The notes under the pieces: model-generated
Told to the model about the DNA's origin: nothing
The model's database searches: none
Seen by the model: the letters and a program-made list of their open reading frames with translations, nothing else
Translations under genes and position numbers: made by a program
Shown: piece after piece, positions 1-7,115 of the stretch
Numbering within the stretch: the stretch's first letter is position 1
Layout: each line of letters starts with the position of its first letter
Assembly (NCBI GenBank): GCA_964432925.1
Contig: CAYSPM010000001.1
Span: 32,813-70,440, forward strand
Length of the DNA stretch: 37,628 nucleotides
Direction of reading: 5' to 3'
DNA from: an uncultured Pirellulales bacterium
GTDB taxonomy: Bacteria; Planctomycetota; Phycisphaerae; Sedimentisphaerales; Anaerobacaceae

Positions 1-86
1 AGGCCCAGAACGGATATCAGGCTAACGCAAGAACTATAAAGGTTGCCAACGATATCCTAGCAGAGTTGAGCAACCTGATCAGATAG
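1..86 (+). CDS. flgE: 3' end of a flagellar hook protein FlgE-like gene (partial; reading frame starts at nt 3, stop TAG at 84-86)
   Basis: My own translation gives AQNGYQANARTIKVANDILAELSNLIR*. This matches the conserved extreme C-terminus of hook/rod-family proteins (E. coli FlgE ends ...AQRNYQSNAQTIKTQDQILNTLVNLR). Too little sequence to exclude another rod-family paralog. Confidence 0.65.
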   Translation, partial: AQNGYQANARTIKVANDILAELSNLIR

Positions 87-98
87 CGATGCTAGGGG

Positions 99-159
99 CC
101 GGGGTTCAGGGATCAGCAGACTTGGTGAAGCCTTCTTTGATCCCCGATCCCTGACCCCC
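99..159 (-). repeat. Copy A of a ~60-bp imperfect-palindromic intergenic repeat (REP/MITE-like), inverted relative to copies B and C
   Basis: The reverse complement reads gggggtcagggatcggggatcaaagaaggcttcaccaagtctgctgatccctgaaccccgg. It is near-identical to 4161-4220 and 37357-37416. The arms tcagggatc / gatccctga can pair. Confidence 0.85.
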
Positions 160-193
160 GATTTAGAATTGCTGTCCATTTTGGAAGACTGCG

Positions 194-1501
194 ATGACGG
201 CAGAGACCATAATCATGCGAATACTTAGTACGGCCTTGCTGGGGCTAACACCTGTGGAGCGATGGCAGGCAGCCAGGCGGCTTAACAACAGCTTCATATC
301 TAATTACGGCTTTGTTCTGGTTACAGCGATCGTCCTGGTAGTATTGATTACGGTGCTTGTGTGGGTCAGTTATAGTCGGATATTACAGGGGCGCAAGGTT
401 GTAGAACAGTCATTTATCAATAATGCTACAAGACGTGGATTAAGCTCGCACGAACAAAACATACTGCGTCAGATAATAAGCCATAGCGGATTAGAACAAG
501 GCGACTCAATTTTCACTACGCAGGATGCTTTTGAAAGAGGAGTCGCCAAACTGATGCAAGCAATTGCGGCAAAACATACACCCCAAGAGAGCGAGCAACT
601 TAAGGCTGGACTTTCTTTTCTACGCGAGAAACTTGGCTTTAAACCCTCCGCCTCACCTGTCTCAGGCAATACAAGAGATGCAAGCACCAGACAAATCCCG
701 GTAGGCAAAGAGATTCAGATAGAACGCCGTAAAGCTCATGGCTCGGAAAGTATTGAGGCCGTTGTCACGGAGAACGACGATATGGCTGTGACTGTTAAGT
801 TGGCAATGTCGTTGCGGACCAAACCGGGTGATATATGGCGTGCACACTATTATTTTGGCTCGTATGTATGGGAGTTCGACACATCTGTTGTACGCTGTAA
901 TGGTGACATTTTAGTTCTCAATCACAGCGAGGATGTTCGGTCCATCAACCGTCGACGCTTCTCGCGTGTGCCTGCGAACAGACCTGCTCTGATTGCATCC
1001 TTTCCGTTTTTTAAGACGGTCGAGTCAGGTACTGATAGCGGTCGTGGCCACACCAAAACGAAACGACGCTCCGCCAGCGTCCTTAAGAGTTCCTGGGCTG
1101 TGCCGGAATTCGTTCCTGCAGTCGTTACGGAGTTAGCTGGCCCCGGTTTACGAATAGAAGCCCCGCTGGAAGTAAAGGCTGGCGATAGGCTGTTGATAGT
1201 ATTCAAATTGGATGATGAAGGGCGGAAAAATTCAACTTCAAATAAAACCTCCAAAGCAACAACCTCGAGAATTGTGGGAGATTTAGCGCAGGTTAGACGC
1301 TGCACGGCTTTGGAGAAAGGTTTCTCAATCGCAGTTGAATTAGTAGGTCTTAGCGATTCTGACATCGACCAATTAATGCAAGCGACCAAAGAAGCTTCCT
1401 CAAAGGCCAGTGCGAAAGATCAGGATACTTCTGCCCGTACCGACAGTAACGAACAGACAATGCAAGGCATTGCTTGGCCAAAAGTAATGCAAGGAGCTTA
1501 G
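194..1501 (+). CDS. Membrane-anchored PilZ/YcgR-like protein (candidate c-di-GMP-responsive flagellar regulator)
   Basis: 435-aa ORF with a predicted TM helix (FVLVTAIVLVVLITVLVWVSY). It has an RRxxxR motif (RRRFSR, nt 950-967) followed by an ExAxxG variant of the D/NxSxxG motif (ELAGPG, nt 1130-1147), with a YcgR-N-like beta-rich segment upstream. It sits between flgE and flgF with tight coupling to flgF (stop 1501, flgF ATG 1503). Confidence 0.55.
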   Translation: MTAETIIMRILSTALLGLTPVERWQAARRLNNSFISNYGFVLVTAIVLVVLITVLVWVSYSRILQGRKVVEQSFINNATRRGLSSHEQNILRQIISHSGLEQGDSIFTTQDAFERGVAKLMQAIAAKHTPQESEQLKAGLSFLREKLGFKPSASPVSGNTRDASTRQIPVGKEIQIERRKAHGSESIEAVVTENDDMAVTVKLAMSLRTKPGDIWRAHYYFGSYVWEFDTSVVRCNGDILVLNHSEDVRSINRRRFSRVPANRPALIASFPFFKTVESGTDSGRGHTKTKRRSASVLKSSWAVPEFVPAVVTELAGPGLRIEAPLEVKAGDRLLIVFKLDDEGRKNSTSNKTSKATTSRIVGDLAQVRRCTALEKGFSIAVELVGLSDSDIDQLMQATKEASSKASAKDQDTSARTDSNEQTMQGIAWPKVMQGA

Positions 1502-1502
1502 A

Positions 1503-2237
1503 ATGCCTGATAGTATCGCGCAGGTAGGTTCAAGCGTAAATGCGTTAATGCGCGAATTCAACATCATTACGCACAACCTTGCTAACGTCAGTACAGTCGG
1601 ATACAAGCGAAGATGTAGCTTGTTCTCGAAATCGCTTGAGGCACAACAGGCCAGCGGCAGCGAGGAATTATATGGCGATCTTACTTCGGAAGGGGTTCTC
1701 GATTTCTCCCAAGGTAGTCTTGTCCAGACTGGTAGCCCATTGGATTTTGCGCTTTATGGCAAAGGGTTCTTTGTGATAGAGACACCAGAGGGGCCGCTTT
1801 ACACACGAAATGGTACCTTTCACATAAACCCGACCGGCCAAATAGTGAATTCGGATGGCGGAATTGTGGCGGGCGAAGTTGGGCCAATCATAATACCAGG
1901 CAACGTATCGCAGTCTGAATTGATTGTTTCCAGCGATGGCAGCATCGGAGCTGGCAATGTTACTTTGGGTCGATTCAGATTGGTTAACTTTGAGGACAAT
2001 GAGGACAAACTCGTCTCTGTCGGGGGGAATTCCTATAGTATGCAAGAAGAAGATATCGAGCCCATAACAGCGGAGAATTTGGTGGTGAAGCAAGGTTTTC
2101 AGGAGGCATCTAATGTCGAGATGGTTGGTGAGTTGGTGAGCATGCTACTTGTTTCAAGGCTCTACGAGGCAAATGTGAAACTACTGTCAGCTCAAAAGGA
2201 TGCTACTAGCAGTATTATGAGTGTAGCAATGGGTTAG
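1503..2237 (+). CDS. flgF: Flagellar basal-body rod protein FlgF
   Basis: 244 aa. N-terminal rod signature IITHNLANVSTVGYKR and C-terminal QGFQEASNVEMVGELVSMLLVSRLYEANVK. AAGGAG RBS at 1491-1496. Lies directly upstream of flgG. Confidence 0.9.
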   Translation: MPDSIAQVGSSVNALMREFNIITHNLANVSTVGYKRRCSLFSKSLEAQQASGSEELYGDLTSEGVLDFSQGSLVQTGSPLDFALYGKGFFVIETPEGPLYTRNGTFHINPTGQIVNSDGGIVAGEVGPIIIPGNVSQSELIVSSDGSIGAGNVTLGRFRLVNFEDNEDKLVSVGGNSYSMQEEDIEPITAENLVVKQGFQEASNVEMVGELVSMLLVSRLYEANVKLLSAQKDATSSIMSVAMG

Positions 2238-2251
2238 CACAGCATTATCAG

Positions 2252-2276
2252 GTTAATAAGCCTGAGGCTTATTAAC
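2252..2276 (+). other. Perfect 11-bp stem / 3-nt loop hairpin in the flgF-flgG spacer
   Basis: gttaataagcc-tga-ggcttattaac; all 11 pairs are Watson-Crick. No downstream T-tract, so it is not a canonical intrinsic terminator. Confidence 0.6.
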
Positions 2277-2303
2277 GGACGTTGAAGTAAGGAGATTAGC
2301 GTT

Positions 2304-3086
2304 ATGCTAAGAGCGTTTTCAACTGCGGCGACCGGCATGACCGCACAGCAGATGATGTTGGACATCATTTCAAATAACCTTGCCAATGTCAACACAACTG
2401 GTTTCAAACGGAGTCAGATTGACTTTCAGGATCTGCTCTACGTCAAACTAAGGGAGCCAGGCACAGAAGTGGCTGCTGGATTAAACACTCCGGGTGGTTT
2501 GGAAGTAGGTAGTGGAGTTCGTGCTGCGTCCAACATAAAGGTTTTCACCACAGGCGAGTTCCAGAGTACAGACCGAAGTCTCGACATAGCAATCAGCGGA
2601 GATGGTTTCCTTCAGGTGATGTTACCGAACGGTGATATGCGTTACACGCGCGATGGCGCATTACAGACAAACGCGGACGGACAGTTGGTCACGACCACAG
2701 GCTATACCATAGAGCCGGCCATCGCCATTCCAACAGATGCTATCTCAGTAGATATCGGAAAGGATGGTGGCGTTAATATCGCAGATGCATCGGGTACTCA
2801 GTCGGTTGTAGGAACTATTCAGTTGGTACGATTTCCCAATCCTTCCGGTTTGTCAAATGAAGGGGACAATCTCTTGGCCGAGACCGAAGCGAGCGGCACA
2901 GCAACTACCGGCACCGCTGGAGAAAATGGTTTCGGTACAATTCAGTCTGGTTTTCTGGAAAAGTCCAATGTTCAGATGGTAACGGAGCTCGTTAATCTAA
3001 TAACTGCCCAGAGAGCATACGAGATAAATTCCCGCGCGATAAAGGCTGGGGATGACATGCTTAAAACAGCTAATAATATTGTTTGA
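2304..3086 (+). CDS. flgG: Flagellar distal rod protein FlgG
   Basis: 260 aa. The N-terminus MLRAFSTAATGMTAQQMMLDIISNNLANVNTTGFKR and the C-terminus LEKSNVQMVTELVNLITAQRAYEINSRAIKAGDDML are classic FlgG. AAGGAG RBS upstream. Confidence 0.95.
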   Translation: MLRAFSTAATGMTAQQMMLDIISNNLANVNTTGFKRSQIDFQDLLYVKLREPGTEVAAGLNTPGGLEVGSGVRAASNIKVFTTGEFQSTDRSLDIAISGDGFLQVMLPNGDMRYTRDGALQTNADGQLVTTTGYTIEPAIAIPTDAISVDIGKDGGVNIADASGTQSVVGTIQLVRFPNPSGLSNEGDNLLAETEASGTATTGTAGENGFGTIQSGFLEKSNVQMVTELVNLITAQRAYEINSRAIKAGDDMLKTANNIV

Positions 3087-3099
3087 TAAGGGGATTATT

Positions 3100-4143
3100 A
3101 TGAACAATAGAGTTCTCAGTTTTATGGTGATCTGTTGTGTCGTGATGCTGTCCCAGTTGTCTCTGGCAGTTGACAATAGCTATGTTGGTGATCCAAACAC
3201 AGATTTTGTCTTGCATATTCATTTGCCGAGGCAAGTAACAATCACGAATAACATCCTGGAACTTGGCCAGATTAGCGTAATCCGAGGCGAAGAATCGCTT
3301 GTAGCGCGCGCTCGCAAGACTACTCTCGGACGATTTTCGGTGCCAGGACAGAAAATAGTTGTGGATAGGCAAATGGTGCTGAGTAGGCTCGCTTGCAGTG
3401 GGATTCTCCACAGGACTCCTCATGGAGCTGTCTCTGAAGTGATATTTACAGGTGCCCAAGAGGTAACAGTACGAAGGCACCAACGTATCATCAAAGGCAG
3501 CGAATTCGTAGATCTCGCAACTTCATATCTTAAAGAAAACCCACCCGCCCGTTCGGCTGCCCAGTTCTCCACAGGACTTTTCACAGAGGACCCAATTCGG
3601 CCCCCAAAAGACTTGACACTACCTTGGTCCAGCAAGGAGTTAGAGTTCGTCTGTCATTTGGTCGAGAATGGTGATAAAAACCAGACTAAAGTTCAGATAA
3701 TTGTCATTGCTGATAATAAAAGGATAGGCATCCGTGAGGTGACTTTCCGACTGGAGTACGAGTCTCGGAAAGTGGTCACTAAAGCCGAAATTCCACCGGG
3801 TGGTCTTATTACCCCGGAAAACGTTGAAATAGAAAAAGGTGTATCGAATTACCCTGTTTCCGCAGATTTCAAATCACCTTATGGTCTTGTCGCCAAACGT
3901 AGACTACAGCCCAATACCGTCGTTCGTCCGGACATGGTTGGTCCTGTAAAGCCTGTCGTCGCAGTTGGGCGCAACGAGACGGTCTTGATCCGGCTTGAGA
4001 GTCCGGGCTTTCTGGTTACAGCCGTCGGCAAGGCCATGCAAGAGGCAAAGGTTGGTGAATATGTCAAGGTTCGGAATTTGGACTCGCAACGAGTCATCTT
4101 GTGTAGAGTTAGTGAGGACGGAACTGTGGAACCTATTTTGTGA
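3100..4143 (+). CDS. flgA: Flagellar P-ring assembly chaperone FlgA
   Basis: The internal ATG at 3100 is preceded by aagggga and followed by a signal peptide (MNNRVLSFMVICCVVMLSQLSLA). The C-terminal GKAMQEAKVGEYVKVRNLDSQRVILCRVSEDGTVEPI is the typical FlgA/SAF end. The track start at 3052 would overlap flgG. Confidence 0.85.
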   Translation: MNNRVLSFMVICCVVMLSQLSLAVDNSYVGDPNTDFVLHIHLPRQVTITNNILELGQISVIRGEESLVARARKTTLGRFSVPGQKIVVDRQMVLSRLACSGILHRTPHGAVSEVIFTGAQEVTVRRHQRIIKGSEFVDLATSYLKENPPARSAAQFSTGLFTEDPIRPPKDLTLPWSSKELEFVCHLVENGDKNQTKVQIIVIADNKRIGIREVTFRLEYESRKVVTKAEIPPGGLITPENVEIEKGVSNYPVSADFKSPYGLVAKRRLQPNTVVRPDMVGPVKPVVAVGRNETVLIRLESPGFLVTAVGKAMQEAKVGEYVKVRNLDSQRVILCRVSEDGTVEPIL

Positions 4144-4160
4144 GCAATAGCATTAAATCT

Positions 4161-4220
4161 GGGAGTCAGGGATCTGGGATCAGAGAAGGCTTCACCGAGT
4201 CTGCTGATCCCTGAACCCCG
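4161..4220 (+). repeat. Copy B of the ~60-bp imperfect-palindromic repeat (flgA-flgH spacer)
   Basis: gggagtcagggatctgggatcagagaaggcttcaccgagtctgctgatccctgaaccccg. Aligns position-for-position with the reverse complement of 99-159 and with 37357-37416. Confidence 0.85.
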
Positions 4221-4308
4221 ATTCCTGATAACTACTTTTTAAGGAAAAGATGACGCTGTGGTTTCTGCGATGAGCAGTGGAAAGGGAACAATTAGCGAAG
4301 GGGAAATA

Positions 4309-4938
4309 ATGAACGGTAGACAGATTTTTTTGGTTGTATTAGTGGTTGTTATGTTTGGTTCTTCGTCCTGTCTGCGAGCAGGTTCTATTTGGGCCAAGCG
4401 AGACAAGAACATGCGAGATATGTATGCCGACGATGTAGCGCGACAGATAGGTGATATTCTTACCATCAAGATTACTGAGGATAGTAAGGTTGATAATAAG
4501 GCAAAGCGGGATCTAAAGAAAGAGACCGAGCGGTCGAACGCATTTGATGGTGAGTTAGGTATCACAACGCCGAATCACAATATTCTGCCGCGCATACCTG
4601 GCTTTACAATGGACGCGCAATCCACCAATGAGCTCAAGAGCAAAGCGGACTACAAGGATGAGCGAAGCTTTGTCGACAGAGTCAGCGTCGTGGTTGTGGA
4701 CATTCTGCCGAACCGCAATCTTGTGGTAATAGGAGCTCGTGACCGTAATATCGCCGGTGACGTCCAGACTATTGAGGTCAGTGGCATAGTCAGGCCAAGC
4801 GATATTGCATTTGATAATACAGTAAAAAGTGAACAGGTCGCCAACTTTCAAATTGTAACCAGAAATAGAGGTGTGGCAGCACCGTATACCAGGCCAGGTT
4901 GGCTTGGGATGGTGTTTGATGTTCTTTGGCCATTCTAA
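4309..4938 (+). CDS. flgH: Flagellar L-ring lipoprotein FlgH
   Basis: ATG at 4309 after gaagggga. Lipoprotein-type signal MNGRQIFLVVLVVVMFGSSSC (lipobox-like SSSC). Conserved FlgH blocks DDVARQIGDILTIKITE and RNLVVIGARDRNIAGDVQTIEVSGIVRPSDI. Confidence 0.92.
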   Translation: MNGRQIFLVVLVVVMFGSSSCLRAGSIWAKRDKNMRDMYADDVARQIGDILTIKITEDSKVDNKAKRDLKKETERSNAFDGELGITTPNHNILPRIPGFTMDAQSTNELKSKADYKDERSFVDRVSVVVVDILPNRNLVVIGARDRNIAGDVQTIEVSGIVRPSDIAFDNTVKSEQVANFQIVTRNRGVAAPYTRPGWLGMVFDVLWPF

Positions 4939-4987
4939 ATTCGGTTTTTTCGTTGGTTTTGTCCGTGCTTTTGAGAATGTGTGCCTT

Positions 4988-6133
4988 ATGAAATCTAAAG
5001 TTACGTTTCTTTCATTCGCCAAACGCAGAAGCCTGTATCTATCGGTGTTGTGTTTAACTCTGTTGACTGCTGTCAACATTTGTCGTTGCGAGCGAATAAA
5101 AGATATCGTTGACATCCAAGGCGTTCGCAGCAATCCGCTAAGCGGCACAGGCTTAGTCATCGGTCTGGCTGGCACAGGCGACACTACGCTACTGTCGCGA
5201 CAGATGCTTACTAATATATTGCGCGATTCTGGGCTTGTTCTTTCTCCTTCCGATCTGACCGGAGGCAATATTGCTGTCGTCATGGTAACGGCGGAGCTGG
5301 GTCCTTTTGCTCATGAAGGCTCGCGAATTGATGTTGATGTTTCTACCATAGGTGATGCCAAAAGCCTCCAGGGCGGCATGCTTTTGCCCACGCCTTTAAT
5401 GGGGCTTGATGGTCAAGTCTATGCCGTTGCTCAGGGTGGTGTCTCAATAGGTGGCTGGTCTGTCGCAGGCAAGCAAGCTTCTGTTACTAAGAATCATCAG
5501 ACGGTTGGTCGTATTCCTGGCGGTGCGATAGTCGAGAAGGAAGAGATAGCAGCGTATGTTGAGTCTGTTGCCGGACGTAGATTTATTACATTTAACCTGA
5601 GGAACTACGATTTCTCGACCGCGGAGCGAATCAGCCAGGCCATAAATCAGACTTATCCGGGCAGTGCTACGGTGATCGACGCTGGAACTGTCAGAGTTGA
5701 AATTCCTGGTGAAGTCACTTTGGCTGAAACGGCCGGCTTTATCGGCGAAGTTACAAAGACCGAAGTTAAGGTCGATGTCCCTGCAGCGGTCATTATTAAC
5801 GAGCGAACTGGTACGATTGTGGTCGGGGAGAACGTTGGCATATCTGCAGTGGCGATCTCTCAGGGCAGTCTGGTTGTAAAGATTAAGGAAACAGCACAGG
5901 TTTCTCAGCCTGTAGCGTCTTTCTCTGATGCCGGTACAACAGAAGTTATTCCTGATACGATAGTTGGTGTTGAAGAGAAGGATGCATATTTGATTCCAGT
6001 ATCCAAGTCCGTGACTGTTTCGGAGCTAGCCAAGACCCTCAATGCAATAGGTGCGACACCGAGGGATCTCATCGCGATATTCAATGCTTTGAAAACCGCC
6101 GGCGCCCTTCAAGCTAAGCTGGTGATTATGTAA
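4988..6133 (+). CDS. flgI: Flagellar P-ring protein FlgI
   Basis: ATG at 4988 gives a signal peptide followed by RIKDIVDIQGVRSNPLSGTGLVIGLAGTGD, the hallmark FlgI N-terminus. C-terminal PRDLIAIFNALKTAGALQAKLVIM. Confidence 0.93.
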   Translation: MKSKVTFLSFAKRRSLYLSVLCLTLLTAVNICRCERIKDIVDIQGVRSNPLSGTGLVIGLAGTGDTTLLSRQMLTNILRDSGLVLSPSDLTGGNIAVVMVTAELGPFAHEGSRIDVDVSTIGDAKSLQGGMLLPTPLMGLDGQVYAVAQGGVSIGGWSVAGKQASVTKNHQTVGRIPGGAIVEKEEIAAYVESVAGRRFITFNLRNYDFSTAERISQAINQTYPGSATVIDAGTVRVEIPGEVTLAETAGFIGEVTKTEVKVDVPAAVIINERTGTIVVGENVGISAVAISQGSLVVKIKETAQVSQPVASFSDAGTTEVIPDTIVGVEEKDAYLIPVSKSVTVSELAKTLNAIGATPRDLIAIFNALKTAGALQAKLVIM

Positions 6134-6135
6134 GA

Positions 6136-6531
6136 GTGATTTCGATGGATGGAACTGCAGTGACATTTATACCGTCGGCCATGCCGCCGATGCCGCTCAA
6201 CGCTCTGAACGAAAGTCTGTCTGCCGATGAAATCGCGAGATTGCAATTCGGCCAGACCAACGCTGTATCAGAAACGAAGAAGCAGCAAGTGGCCAAAGAT
6301 TTCGAGTCTGTTTTAATTACCAATTTGTTAAATGATGTGGAAAACGCTATCGGCAAATGGGGATTCGATGAGGAAGAAGTTTCCACCCAGATAAAGGGAA
6401 TATTCAGTCTGTTTTTGGGGCGTGCCCTTGCAGCCGAAGGTGGCTTCGGATTTTGGAAGGACATATATCAATTCTTAGACGGCACCAATCAGACGAATTC
6501 AAACTCAGCGTTAGTGGATGTGGTTCTATGA
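6136..6531 (+). CDS. flgJ: Rod-binding protein (FlgJ N-terminal domain only; no muramidase domain)
   Basis: 131 aa. QQVAKDFESVLITNLLNDV ... ALAAEGGFGFWKDIYQFL matches the Rod_binding-domain pattern (FEa.f...ml..m ... GG.Gla..l..ql). The start may be GTG 6136 or ATG 6145. Confidence 0.7.
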   Translation: MISMDGTAVTFIPSAMPPMPLNALNESLSADEIARLQFGQTNAVSETKKQQVAKDFESVLITNLLNDVENAIGKWGFDEEEVSTQIKGIFSLFLGRALAAEGGFGFWKDIYQFLDGTNQTNSNSALVDVVL

Positions 6532-7046
6532 ATGCAGTGGCGACTATGGAATATAGAGTAAATGAATTGCTGGATGTTCTCGACAGAGATATCAAGCATA
6601 TACAGGATTGCTTGTGGCAGTTGGACCAGTTACGCAGTTGTGTTATTAAACGGGACGATGCAGGACTATCCAGAATGCTTGCTGAGATCCAGGCAGAGGC
6701 TAATAGTCACGCGGCCAACGAGCAAAAGCGCCACTCTATAAGAAAGTACTTGGCGCATGTTCTTGATTGCAGCGTTGACCAGATCAATTTGTCCAAGATT
6801 GAAGCTGTACTGCCGGAGCACAGAAAAGCTCAGATAGCTCAAAGAAAAGCGGAGCTCAGAGTATTGGTCCAGCGACTTAAGAGAGAGCATTTAAGTACTG
6901 CATTGCTTTTGTCGGAGTGCGCGAGATTTAATAGCTTGTTGTTGCGAAATATTTTCGGTTTTGAAGATAAAGCTGCGAACACTTACAGTCCCGATGGTTC
7001 AACAAAACGGCAAGCTAATACAACTTTCGTAAATTTGCAATATTGA
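6528..7046 (+). CDS. flgN: FlgN-family flagellar export chaperone (for FlgK/FlgL)
   Basis: ATG at 6528 overlaps the flgJ-like stop (ATGA). The protein is helical with an LLDVLDRDIKHIQ...L..L pattern and has a C-terminal N..LL..NIF...TYSPDG segment typical of FlgN. It lies immediately upstream of flgK. Confidence 0.6.
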   Translation: MNAVATMEYRVNELLDVLDRDIKHIQDCLWQLDQLRSCVIKRDDAGLSRMLAEIQAEANSHAANEQKRHSIRKYLAHVLDCSVDQINLSKIEAVLPEHRKAQIAQRKAELRVLVQRLKREHLSTALLLSECARFNSLLLRNIFGFEDKAANTYSPDGSTKRQANTTFVNLQY

Positions 7047-7115
7047 TAAGTTGCGAGTGATACTATGCCTTGCACCACATTGGAAGTCTAATTCTTGGTC
7101 ATGTAGGATTAACAG

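Noticed and set aside
3052-3099. N-terminal extensions proposed by the ORF track for flgA (3052), flgH (4258), flgI (4871), flgN (6453), fliP (25915), fliG (33159) and fliE (35077).
   Set aside because: The extensions overlap upstream genes or begin at TTG/GTG. The internal ATGs have Shine-Dalgarno sequences and yield proper signal peptides or conserved N-termini. Start sites remain predictions.
7081-7096. TGGAAG-TCTAA-TTCTT upstream of flgK, considered as a sigma-54 promoter.
   Set aside because: The -12 element lacks the invariant GC (TTCT instead of TTGC). flgK is probably read through from flgN or uses a promoter I cannot recognise.
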